Shown one piece after another: positions 9,141-18,323 of a stretch of 64,000 nt of DNA. The notes under the pieces are model-generated. The model did not search any database, was not told the origin of the DNA, and saw only the letters and a program-made list of their open reading frames with translations. The stretch lies in contig JACKFB010000015.1 in NCBI GenBank assembly GCA_020632695.1, forward strand, positions 1,291-65,290, written 5' to 3'. This DNA is from Deltaproteobacteria bacterium (GTDB lineage Bacteria > Myxococcota_A > UBA9042 > PHBI01 > JACKFB01). Position 1 is the first letter of the stretch. Every line of letters begins with the position of its first letter. A program made the position numbers and the translations under genes.

Positions 9141-10225
9141 GCGTGCGAGGGATCCCAGCGGAGGTGCGGCGCCTGGTCGAGGCGGGCATGACCGCGCCGA
9201 CGGGCGAGAACTGTCAGCCCTTCCGCTTCGTCTGGGACGGGCGCGTCCTGGCCGTGACCCATGACCCGGCGCGGGCCCGCCACCGCCTCGACGCCGGCGA
9301 CCACGCGTCGCTCATCGCGTTGGGCTGCATGTGGGAGGCCATGGATCTCGAGGCCAGCGCCCTGGACTTGGGCCTCATCGCGACCCTGGCCGGCTCCGGG
9401 GTGTCGCCGGGCAAGCCCTGGCTCACCCTGGAGCCGACGCCCGCGACCCGCACCGCCGATCCGCTGCGCGCCGCGCTGCCCATCCGCACCACCGATCGCC
9501 GCCCCTTCCAGGGCGGCACCCTGGAGGACGCCCGTGACGCCCTCAGCGCCGGCGGTGTGAAGCGGGAGGGAGAGCCGTATCTGCGCCTGGCCGAGCCGGA
9601 CGACCCGGCGCTGCGCGCCTTCGTGCTGGCCAGCGACGCCGTGCTGTGGCGCGACCCGTGGACCATCCGCGACGCCCTGCGCTGGGTGCGCTACACCGAC
9701 GCCGAGGTGCGGCGCACGCGCGACGGCCTGTCCTGGCGCAACCTCGGCTATCCGCCGGTGGCCTCGCTGGCCACCGCGCTGGTGCGCCGCCTGCCGCCGC
9801 TGCTGGCGCTGGGCCGCCTGGCCGGCGGCCCGCTGGAGACGCGGCGCCTGCTCGCCCGGCAGCTCCGCTCCTCGGCCGCCATCGGCTGCATCGCCCTGCG
9901 CACGCCCGGGCAGGCGGGGCTGGTGGCCGCCGGTCGCCGGGCCATGCGTGCCTGGCTGGCCTTCGCCCGCGCCGGGATGGCCTTCCAGCCACTCTCGCTG
10001 CCCTCGCTCTGCGTCTACAACAGCGTCACCGGGGTGCTGCCCCGCGACCTGCCCGCCGATCTCCGCGCCCACTTCGCCAGCGGCCCCGCGCTGCTCGGCC
10101 GCGCCTTCGACCTGCCCGCGGACGCGGTCCCGGTGTGGATGTTCCGGGCGGGTCACAACGGTCCGCTGCCCCATGAGGCCCGCTCGCTGCGCCTGCCGCT
10201 CGAGGACGTGCTCAGCGCCACCTGA
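9137..10225 (+). CDS. nitroreductase-fold protein, Acg-like (double nitroreductase domain, about 360 aa)
   Basis: GTG 9137 overlaps the upstream TGA (GTGA), so the two genes are translationally coupled. An alternative ATG is at 9188. MTAPTGENCQPFRFVWDG resembles the AP-S-x-N-x-QPW-RF motif of nitroreductases. Size and layout fit Acg-type proteins. Confidence 0.55.
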   Translation: MSVRGIPAEVRRLVEAGMTAPTGENCQPFRFVWDGRVLAVTHDPARARHRLDAGDHASLIALGCMWEAMDLEASALDLGLIATLAGSGVSPGKPWLTLEPTPATRTADPLRAALPIRTTDRRPFQGGTLEDARDALSAGGVKREGEPYLRLAEPDDPALRAFVLASDAVLWRDPWTIRDALRWVRYTDAEVRRTRDGLSWRNLGYPPVASLATALVRRLPPLLALGRLAGGPLETRRLLARQLRSSAAIGCIALRTPGQAGLVAAGRRAMRAWLAFARAGMAFQPLSLPSLCVYNSVTGVLPRDLPADLRAHFASGPALLGRAFDLPADAVPVWMFRAGHNGPLPHEARSLRLPLEDVLSAT

Positions 10226-10922
10226 AGAGCCGCACCGCGCCGGGTCTGAAGCGACAGGCCAGGGCGGCCCGGAACCCCGGGCCCGGGTCCAGATCCTCGA
10301 GCGACCATGGCCCCTCGGCCCCCGGTGCCCCCGGCTCGAAGATGGGGCCATCGAGCGCGCTGGCGAGCCCGACGGTGACCCGGCGCAGCGGGTAGCCCAG
10401 GCCCTGACCCACGGCCTTGATCACGGCCTCCTTGCGGGTCCAGAGCCGCAAGAAGCAGTCTGCGCCGCGGCCCTCCGCGTCTTCGGCCTCCAGCAGCGCG
10501 ACCTCGGCGTCGGAGAAGTGCGAGCGGGCGATGCCGGCCCGTTCGGGGACCTCGCGACGCGCCTCCACGTCGACGCCCAGCGCGCCCCCGCGCCCGATGG
10601 CCAGCAGGGCGAGCCCCTCGGTGTGGCTGAGGTTGAAGTCCGGAGCGCCCGAGCCCTCGAGCGCGGGCTTGCCGTGGGGGCCGAGCGTGAAGCGGAGCGC
10701 CTGGGGGCTCCCGCCCGCGTAGCGCCCGAGCAGCTCGCGCAGCCCGCCCCGCGCGGCCTCCCAGGCCCGGGCGTGACGGGCGAAGCGGAAGCGCGCCGCC
10801 CGCTCGGCCTCGTCGGCGGAGAGCAGCCCGCGCCAGGCGTCCATGCGCTCGGGCGAGCCCGGGGTCGCCCAGGCGATGAGGTGGACCTCCTCGTGGCCGA
10901 GCCGCGCCTCGGACGACAGCAT
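10212..10922 (-). CDS. 4'-phosphopantetheinyl transferase, Sfp type
   Basis: The track ORF is 10212-10961; ATG 10922 (MLSSEARLGHEEVHLIAW) is the more likely start. Motifs: LSADEAERAARFRF, GKPAL...FNLSHTEG, GVDVE, WTRKEAVIKA (W-x-x-KE-A-x-x-K). Confidence 0.8.
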   Translation of the reverse strand: MLSSEARLGHEEVHLIAWATPGSPERMDAWRGLLSADEAERAARFRFARHARAWEAARGGLRELLGRYAGGSPQALRFTLGPHGKPALEGSGAPDFNLSHTEGLALLAIGRGGALGVDVEARREVPERAGIARSHFSDAEVALLEAEDAEGRGADCFLRLWTRKEAVIKAVGQGLGYPLRRVTVGLASALDGPIFEPGAPGAEGPWSLEDLDPGPGFRAALACRFRPGAVRLFRWR

Positions 10923-11128
10923 GGGCCAGGCCGCCCAGCCGCTCGGTCCGGCCGGGCTCAACGCCGGCGCCGCGCTCGTACGCGCCGCGGTTCGCGGTGG
11001 CCGGCGCCGGTCCTTGACGCGGTCCGTGGGGCCGTGCGAAAGCTCGGAGGGTTACACATTTGGGACCATGACCTCTCGGAGGGAGGCAGCGCACCTCTGG
11101 CAAGGAGCGCCGTTTTCGCTCGGCCGCG

Positions 11129-14100
11129 TTGGACGGCCGCCCATACGAGGACGCTCGCGCCATGAGCGAACGTGGCATGAGCATGCGGCTGAGCCCTATG
11201 ATGCACAACCCGCCGAGCGCCGCCGCCTCCGCCGGCCTCCCGCCCGCGGCCTGGAACGCGACCGACCGCCCGCGGCCCGCGGGTCTGCGTCTGCACGACC
11301 TGGTCCAGGCCCAGGTGGACGCCCGCCCCGACGCGGTCGCGGTCGTCAGCGGGCACGGGGAAGCGCTGAGCTACGCTGCGCTCGGCCAGCGCGCCGCCGC
11401 GGTCCAGGCGGCGCTGACGGCGCGTGGGGTGGGGCGCGGCGACCGGGTGGGGCTGGCCGTCGACCGCGGCGCCGAGCTGGTGCCGGCGCTGCTGGGGATC
11501 CTGCAGGCGGGCGCGGCGTGGGTGCCGCTGGATCCCAGCCTTCCCGCGGCGCGCCTGGCCTGGCTGGTCGACGACGCGCAGCTCGCCGCGCTGGTCACCG
11601 ACCCGGCCGGCGACGCCGCGCTGACGGACGTCGAGGTGCCCCGGGTGCGACTCGGCGAGCTGTCCTCGACCCCGGCCGCAGGCCCGGCGCCGGCGCCGGA
11701 GCCGGCCGAGCCCGACGACGTGGCCGTCCTGATGTACACGTCGGGCTCCACCGGCCGGCCCAAGGGCGCGTTGCTCACCCACCGCGGGCTGGTCAACCTG
11801 GTCCTCGGCTGGGCCGAGGAGCCGGGCCTGGGGCCGGAGGACACGATGCTGGGCCTCTCCAGCATCAGCTTCGACATGTCGATCCTCGACGTGTTCCTCC
11901 CGCTCTCGGTCGGGGCGAGGCTGCGGCTGGTGGACCGGGCGACGGCGCCCGACGGGCTGGCCCTGGCGCGGCTGGCCGAGCAGGCGCAGGCCTCCTTCAT
12001 CCTGGCGACCCCCTCGACCTGGCGCCTGCTGCTGGCGGGCGGCTATCGGCCGCCGCGCCCGGTGACCGGCGTGGCGGGCGGCGAGGCGCTGACCCAGGAC
12101 CTGGTGGCGGCGTTGTTGGAGCTGGGCGTCCGGCTCTACAACGGCTACGGCGTGACCGAGGCCTGCGCCTGTACCTGCCTGTGGCGTGTCACCGACGCGG
12201 CCGCGCCCATGCGCATCGGCGCGCCCTCGCCCAACACGAGGGCGTGGGTGCTGGGGCCGGAGGACGAGGTGCTGCCGGTCGGGGTCGAGGGCGAGCTGGT
12301 CCTCGGCGGCGTGGGCGTGGGCTTGGGGTACCACCGTCGCGCCGAGCTGACGGCCGAGCGCTTCACCCCGGACCCGGAGCGACCCGGTCAGCGCCGCTAC
12401 CGCACGGGGGACCGCGCCCGCTGGGAGCCGGAGGGCGTGCTGAGCTTCGTGGGGCGCGACGACGACCAGGTGAAGGTGCGCGGCGTGCGGGTGGAGCTGG
12501 GCGAGGTGGAGGCCGTGCTGCTCGAGGCGCCGGCCGTGGTGGAGGCGTGCGTCGTGCTGAGCGACCGCGGCCCGGGCGACCCCCAGCTCGTCGCGTTCGC
12601 GGTGCTGGCGGACGCGGCCGACGACGCGCTGGAGACGGCGCGGCGTCACCTGGCCGAGCGGCTCCCGGCTGCCTTCGTGCCCGCGCGCATCCACGCCGCC
12701 GACGAGCTGCCGCGCACCGCGAGCGGGAAGCTCGACAGGCGAGCGCTGGTCGAGCGCGAGGGCAGGGGGCTCGCCCCGGTGCGCTCCCGGGTGAGCCCGG
12801 CCCCGGGGCTGGAGGCCCGCATCGCCGCGCTGGTGGCCGAGGTGCTCGGGCTCGGTGACGTGGGCGCGACCGACCCCTTCGTCGCGCTCGGCGGTGCGTC
12901 CCTGGCGGCCACGCGCCTGCGCCAGCGGCTGCGCGACGAACTCGGCATGGAGATCCCCCTGGCGCGGATCCTCGCTGGCGGCTCGCCCCGCGAGCTGGCG
13001 GCCGAGGCCGGCGGCGCCGAGGCCGAGCCCGGGCCGGCGCCCCTGCCGCGCGACCGCCCGCTGCCGCTGAGCGCCGAGCAGGCCCAGCTCTGGTTCATCC
13101 AGGCGCTGGACCCGGCGAGCGTGGCGTATCACACGCCGCTCTCCGTCGCCCTGGAGGGGCGGCTGGATGAAGCCGCGCTGGTCACCGCCTGGGCGGCGCT
13201 GCTGGAGCGGCACGAGGTGCTGCGCAGCCGCTGGCGCCTGGTGGACGGCGTCCCGTCGCAGGAGGTGGCGCCCGGCGCGCCCGAGCCCCTGCCGGTGTGG
13301 GCGCTGGACGCGCTGCCCGAGCCCGAGCGGGGCGCCCGCGAGGCCGAGCTCGAGCGGGCGGTCCACCTCGAGCCCTTCGACCTCGAGCGGGGGCCGGTCG
13401 TCCGGGCGGCGCTCTTGCGCTACGGGCCAGAGCGTCACCGGCTGGTCGCCTGCCTGCACCACATCGCCTCCGACGGGGCGAGCCTGGCCGTCCTGCAGGC
13501 CGATCTGGGCGCGCTCTACGCCGCGGCGACGGGGCAGGCGCCGCCGCCTGCGCCCCTGGCCGTGCAGATCGCCGACGTGGCGGCCTGGCAGGCGGGTCGT
13601 GACCACGGCGCGGACGAGGACCTCCGCGCCTGGCGCCGCCGGCTCGACGGGGCCCCCGAGCGCCTCGCCTTGCCGGGCGCCCGCGTGCCGCCGCCCCGCC
13701 GCGACGAGCGCGCGATGGCGTGGCCGGTGGAGCTCGGCGGCGAGGGGGTCGACGCGGCGAGCCGCGCGCTGGGAGCGACGCCCTTCGCGGTGCTGCTGGC
13801 GGCCTTCGGCGCGCTGCTGCGGGTGGAGACGGGGCAGGGCGACCTTGTGCTCGGCACCCTGGTGGCCGAGCGCGATCGACCCGAGACGGCCGCGCTGATC
13901 GGGCACCTGGCCAGGACGGTGGTGCTGCGTCTGGATGTCTCGGGCGAGCCGAGCTTCGGCGCGCTGGTCGAGCGCACACGCTCGACATTGCTGGAGACCT
14001 TGAGCGCGGCCCCCGTCCCCTTCGATCGGCTGGTGGCCGCCCTGAGCCCGGAGCGCGGCCAGGGTCAGCAGCCCCTCTTCCAGACGGTGTTCGCCTGGCA

Positions 14101-17100
14101 GGACCCACCGCTGGAGCCCACGCGTCAGGGCTCGCTCGCCATGCAGGCCCTGGAGGCGTTCCACGGCGCCGCCCCCTTCGACCTGCTGGTCCAGTGCTGG
14201 CGGTCCGAGGCGGGCTACGTCGGCAGCGTCATCCACCGCACCGACCGCCTGCCGGCCGAGGCGGGCCGCGCGCTGGCGCTGCGGCTGCAGGCGCTGGTCT
14301 CGGCGCTGACTGCGGACGTGGAGGCGCCGGCCTTCGCGCCGCGGGCGGCGGACCTGGCGCTGCAGGCGCGGATCCTGGCGCGCCCGGGCGTCCTGGACGC
14401 GCACGTGGGGCCGCGGCCGCGCCGGGACGGGGGCGTGGACAGGGTGGCCTGGGTGGTCCAGGAGTCGCCCGCCCCGCTGGAGCCCGAGCACGACGTCCGC
14501 CTGCTGCCGGTGGCGCGCCTGCCGCTACGCGAGGACGGCCGCGTCGACCGCGACGCGCTGCGCGATGAGCCGCTGCTCGACGACCGGGCGCTCGCCGCGC
14601 TGGCGGGCGACCCGGAGACCGCGCGGGCGTTGGTGGTGTCCTTTTCCCGCCGCCGGCCGGCGCTGCACCTCGAGACGCTGCTCGACGACGCCCCACTCAC
14701 ACCCGCCACCGCAGAGGCGCCCCCCGGGCAGAGCCCCGAGCCCGAGCGGGCCGCGCCTCGGGCTTCCGCCCCGCTGGCGCTGCGCGAGGGGCCGCCGCTG
14801 GTCATGCCGGCCGACGCGCCCACCGACCTGCCCGCCGCGCTGCGGCGCGCCGCTCGGCAGGCGCCCCAGCGCGGAGTGACGCACCTGGAGACCGACGGCA
14901 GCGAGCGCTTCGTCTCGTGGCCCGAGCTGCTGGCCACCGCCGAGCGTGTGGCCGCGGCGCTGCAGGCCGACGGGCTGCGTCCCGGCGACGCGGCGCTGCT
15001 GGTGTCGGACCGCTCGGCCGACTTCCTGGCCGGCCTGTGGGGCGCGCTGCTGGCCGGCGTGGTGCCGGTGCCGATGGCCCCCACCGCGCGCTGGGAGCCC
15101 GAGGTCGGCCAGGCTCAGCGCCTGGTCGGCGTCTACCGCATGCTCGGCGACCCGCCCATCCTGGCCGGCGGCGGCGTCGGGCAGGGGCTCGACGCCGCCC
15201 GCGACGCGCTGGGGATCCCCGACGCCCGCGTCCGCGACATCGAGGCGCTGGCCCGGACGCCGGGCCGGCCCGCGCCGGTGGCCCTCGAGCCCGACTCGCC
15301 CGCCATCTTCCTCCTCACCTCGGGCAGCACCGGCGTCCCCAAGGCGGTCACCCACGTCCAGTCCACGGTGCTGACCATGCTGGAGGCCTACGGGCGGCGG
15401 CACGGGTTCGGCGAGGACGAGGTCTTCCTCAACTGGCTGGGGCTCGACCATGTGGCGCCGCTCTTCATGGTCCACCTCAGCGCCGTCTGGCAGCGCGCCA
15501 GCCACGTCAACGCGCCCACCGCCCGCTTCTCGGCGGACCCGGCCCTGGCGCTGGACTGGGCGACCCGCTTCGGCGCCACCTCGACCTTCATCGCGAACTT
15601 CGCCTTCGGCCTCATCGCGGACGCCGCCCAGGGCGCGCCCGCCGGCCGCTGGGACCTGAGTCGCTTCCGGGTGCTGTCCAACGGGGGCGAGTGCATCGTC
15701 GCGCGGACGGCCCGCCGCTTCCTGCAGGTCCTGGCGCCGCACGGGCTGCCCCCGGAGGCGATGGTCCCCATCTGGGGGATGTCCGAGACCGGCTCGGCCA
15801 CCATCACCGCCCTGGACTTCCGGCTCGAGACCTCGTCGGACGACGACCCCTTCGTCCCCATCGGCGACCCGGTCGAGGGCTTCGCCATGCGGGTGGTCGA
15901 CGGCGAGGGGACGCTGCTGCCCGAGGGCAGCATCGGGCGCCTGCAGGTGCGCGGTGACCAGCTGCAGCGCGGCTATCACCTCCGGCCCGAGGCCAACCGC
16001 GAGAGCTTCACCGAGGACGGCTGGTTCGACACCGGCGACCTGGCCTTCATCGACGCCCGCGGCATGAGCATCGCCGGGCGTGCCAAGGACGTCATCATCA
16101 TCCACGGCGTCAACTTCTACAGCCACGACATCGAGGCGGTGGTCGAGGGGGTGCCGGGCGTCTCGCGCTCGTTCGTGGCGGCGTGCCCGGTGCGTCCGGC
16201 CGGCGCCGACACCGATCAGGTCGCCATCTTCTTCGCGCCCGAGGACGCCGACGACGAGGCGCTGCCCGAGCTGTGCGCGCGGATCCGCGGGGCGGTGGCG
16301 CGCGAGGCCGAGGTGGCCGTGTCCTACCTGCTGCCGGTGGCCCGCGAGAGCATCCCCAAGACCGAGATCGGCAAGATCCAGCGCCCGCGGCTGCGAAAGG
16401 CCTTCGAGGCCGGCGAGTTCGACGCGCTGAGGCTGCGGGTCGACGCCCTGTGTCACGGGCCCAGGACCGTGCCCGACTGGTTCTTCGCGCCGGTGTGGCG
16501 GCCGCGAGAGGCGGCGCCCGACGCGGAGCCGCCCACCGCGCTGCTGGTGGTCGGCGGCGCGCCCGCGGTGGCCGGGGCGCTGGGCCGCGCGTCGTCCGAC
16601 GCGGGGGCGGGCGCCGTCGAGCGGGTCTCGGTGGAGGCGCTGGCCGACCGCCTCGAGCCGTGGCGCTCGGGGGCGGGCGAGCGCCCGGCGGTGGTGCTGC
16701 TGGCGCCGGAGCCCGGAGAGGCCCCCCGCGATCCCGAGGCGCTGCTGGAGGCGGCCCTGGATCGGTGTGAGGGCCTCATCGCCCTGGCGCGCGCGCTCGA
16801 GCCGGCCGGCGAGCGGCCGCTGCGGCTGGTGGTCGAGACGCGCCTCGCCGAGCTGGCCGCGCCGGGCGACCCGGGCTCGGTGGCCGACGCGCCGCTGCTC
16901 GGCCTCTGCGCCAGCCTCGGGCACGAGGTCCCGGCCCTGGACCTTCGGCACGTGGACCACGACCTGCAGCACCCCGACGCGGTGGCCGCGTTGATGCTCG
17001 ACGAGCTCCGGCTGGCCACGCGCGGCGAGGTGGACGTGGCCTGGCGCGGAGGGCGCCGGCTGGTGCGCCGGCTCGACCGGGTGCGCTTCGAGCCGGGGGC

Positions 17101-18319
17101 CCGCCTGCCCGCGCCGCCCGCGCGCTGGGTGCTCACCGGGGGGCTCGGCGGCGTGGGGCGGGTGCTCGCCGAGCGCCTGCTGGAGCGTCCGGGCACCCGG
17201 CTCTTGCTCGTGGGGCGGCTCTCCGAGGCCGAGCTGCCGCCGGAGCGACGCGACGCCCTGGCGGCGCTGCGCGCGCGGGGCGCCGTCGACCATGCCGCGG
17301 CCGACGTGGCCTGCGCCGGGGCACTGGCCGAGGTCGTCGCGGCCCAGGAGCGCCTCTGGGGCGCTCCGGTCGACGCCGTGGCGCATCTGGCGGCGGTGAT
17401 GCCGAGCGGCCTCGTCTCCCGGCTGGCCCGCCCCGAGCTGGCGGCGGCGCTGCGCCCGCGGCTGCTCGGCACCGTCCGGGCGGCCGCGCTGCTGGACGAT
17501 CGCCCGGGGGCCCGATTCTTCGACCACAGCTCGGTGAACGCGCTCTTCGGCGGCTTCGGCGCAGGCGCCTACAGCGCCGGCTCCCGCGTCGGCGAGTCGG
17601 TGGTAGCGGGCCTGCGCGCCCGCGGGGTCCGGGCGAGCTGGCTGTGCTGGTCGCTGTGGGCCGATCGGGGCCTCACCCGTGGTCTGGCCACCCAGGATCT
17701 GGCAGCCCGCCGCGGCTTCCTGCCCCTCGACGCCCGCCGCGGCGCCGACTCCCATGCGCTGCTGCTCGCGTACGACACGCCCCAGGTGCTCATCGGGCTC
17801 GACGACGGCGCGCCGCCGGTGCGACGCCTGCTGAGCGCGGGCCCCCTCACGACCCGCGCGCTGCGGGCCGACGCGCTCCCGCCCGGCGCCGACCTCCACG
17901 ACAGCGCCGGCCTGCCGCTGCCGCTGAGCCGCGGCTCGCGCGGGGAGCGGGCCGAGGGGGCGCGCCCCGCGCGGGGTGCCGGCGGCGAAGCCCGCGACGA
18001 GGTGCAGCGCCGCGTCGCCGCGATCTGGCGCGACCTCTTGGAGGTCTCCGACCTCGGCATCGACGACAACTTCTTCGACCTGGGGGGGCACTCGATGCTG
18101 CTGGCCCGCCTCATGGCGCGGGTGGAGCGCGAGTTCGGCCGCGCCACGCCCATGGTGGTGCTCTTCGAGAACCCGACGGTCCGGTCGCTGGCGGCGTGGC
18201 TCGCCTCCGGCGACGGCGCCCCCCCACCGCCCGTCGGCGGCGCCGGGGCTCGTGATCGCGCCGCCCAGCAACGGCGTGCGCTGAACCGCCCCCGCCCGCC
18301 GCGCCCGTCCCGGAGTTAG
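11129..18319 (+). CDS. NRPS-like megasynthase: A - PCP - C - (orphan A C-subdomain) - acyl-AMP-ligase-type A - KR - carrier protein
   Basis: Motifs in order:
- A3 motif LMYTSGSTGRPKG, 11729-11767.
- A10 motif PRTASGKLDRRAL.
- PCP motif LGGAS, Ser codon 12899-12901.
- C-domain motif HHIASDG, 13457-13477.
- Second ANL domain: FLLTSGSTGVPKA (15308-15343), WGMSETGS, GRAKDVIIIHGVNFYSHDIE, PKTEIGKIQR.
- KR Rossmann motif TGGLGGVG, 17135-17158.
- Carrier motif LGGHS, Ser codon 18092-18094. Confidence 0.9.
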   Translation: MDGRPYEDARAMSERGMSMRLSPMMHNPPSAAASAGLPPAAWNATDRPRPAGLRLHDLVQAQVDARPDAVAVVSGHGEALSYAALGQRAAAVQAALTARGVGRGDRVGLAVDRGAELVPALLGILQAGAAWVPLDPSLPAARLAWLVDDAQLAALVTDPAGDAALTDVEVPRVRLGELSSTPAAGPAPAPEPAEPDDVAVLMYTSGSTGRPKGALLTHRGLVNLVLGWAEEPGLGPEDTMLGLSSISFDMSILDVFLPLSVGARLRLVDRATAPDGLALARLAEQAQASFILATPSTWRLLLAGGYRPPRPVTGVAGGEALTQDLVAALLELGVRLYNGYGVTEACACTCLWRVTDAAAPMRIGAPSPNTRAWVLGPEDEVLPVGVEGELVLGGVGVGLGYHRRAELTAERFTPDPERPGQRRYRTGDRARWEPEGVLSFVGRDDDQVKVRGVRVELGEVEAVLLEAPAVVEACVVLSDRGPGDPQLVAFAVLADAADDALETARRHLAERLPAAFVPARIHAADELPRTASGKLDRRALVEREGRGLAPVRSRVSPAPGLEARIAALVAEVLGLGDVGATDPFVALGGASLAATRLRQRLRDELGMEIPLARILAGGSPRELAAEAGGAEAEPGPAPLPRDRPLPLSAEQAQLWFIQALDPASVAYHTPLSVALEGRLDEAALVTAWAALLERHEVLRSRWRLVDGVPSQEVAPGAPEPLPVWALDALPEPERGAREAELERAVHLEPFDLERGPVVRAALLRYGPERHRLVACLHHIASDGASLAVLQADLGALYAAATGQAPPPAPLAVQIADVAAWQAGRDHGADEDLRAWRRRLDGAPERLALPGARVPPPRRDERAMAWPVELGGEGVDAASRALGATPFAVLLAAFGALLRVETGQGDLVLGTLVAERDRPETAALIGHLARTVVLRLDVSGEPSFGALVERTRSTLLETLSAAPVPFDRLVAALSPERGQGQQPLFQTVFAWQDPPLEPTRQGSLAMQALEAFHGAAPFDLLVQCWRSEAGYVGSVIHRTDRLPAEAGRALALRLQALVSALTADVEAPAFAPRAADLALQARILARPGVLDAHVGPRPRRDGGVDRVAWVVQESPAPLEPEHDVRLLPVARLPLREDGRVDRDALRDEPLLDDRALAALAGDPETARALVVSFSRRRPALHLETLLDDAPLTPATAEAPPGQSPEPERAAPRASAPLALREGPPLVMPADAPTDLPAALRRAARQAPQRGVTHLETDGSERFVSWPELLATAERVAAALQADGLRPGDAALLVSDRSADFLAGLWGALLAGVVPVPMAPTARWEPEVGQAQRLVGVYRMLGDPPILAGGGVGQGLDAARDALGIPDARVRDIEALARTPGRPAPVALEPDSPAIFLLTSGSTGVPKAVTHVQSTVLTMLEAYGRRHGFGEDEVFLNWLGLDHVAPLFMVHLSAVWQRASHVNAPTARFSADPALALDWATRFGATSTFIANFAFGLIADAAQGAPAGRWDLSRFRVLSNGGECIVARTARRFLQVLAPHGLPPEAMVPIWGMSETGSATITALDFRLETSSDDDPFVPIGDPVEGFAMRVVDGEGTLLPEGSIGRLQVRGDQLQRGYHLRPEANRESFTEDGWFDTGDLAFIDARGMSIAGRAKDVIIIHGVNFYSHDIEAVVEGVPGVSRSFVAACPVRPAGADTDQVAIFFAPEDADDEALPELCARIRGAVAREAEVAVSYLLPVARESIPKTEIGKIQRPRLRKAFEAGEFDALRLRVDALCHGPRTVPDWFFAPVWRPREAAPDAEPPTALLVVGGAPAVAGALGRASSDAGAGAVERVSVEALADRLEPWRSGAGERPAVVLLAPEPGEAPRDPEALLEAALDRCEGLIALARALEPAGERPLRLVVETRLAELAAPGDPGSVADAPLLGLCASLGHEVPALDLRHVDHDLQHPDAVAALMLDELRLATRGEVDVAWRGGRRLVRRLDRVRFEPGARLPAPPARWVLTGGLGGVGRVLAERLLERPGTRLLLVGRLSEAELPPERRDALAALRARGAVDHAAADVACAGALAEVVAAQERLWGAPVDAVAHLAAVMPSGLVSRLARPELAAALRPRLLGTVRAAALLDDRPGARFFDHSSVNALFGGFGAGAYSAGSRVGESVVAGLRARGVRASWLCWSLWADRGLTRGLATQDLAARRGFLPLDARRGADSHALLLAYDTPQVLIGLDDGAPPVRRLLSAGPLTTRALRADALPPGADLHDSAGLPLPLSRGSRGERAEGARPARGAGGEARDEVQRRVAAIWRDLLEVSDLGIDDNFFDLGGHSMLLARLMARVEREFGRATPMVVLFENPTVRSLAAWLASGDGAPPPPVGGAGARDRAAQQRRALNRPRPPRPSRS

Positions 18320-18323
18320 CGCC

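Noticed and set aside
11014-11019. TTGACG as the -35 box of the NRPS promoter
   Set aside because: No acceptable -10 hexamer lies at a 16-18 nt spacing (CGAAAG follows). Promoter consensus in this lineage cannot be assumed, so I did not report it as a feature.
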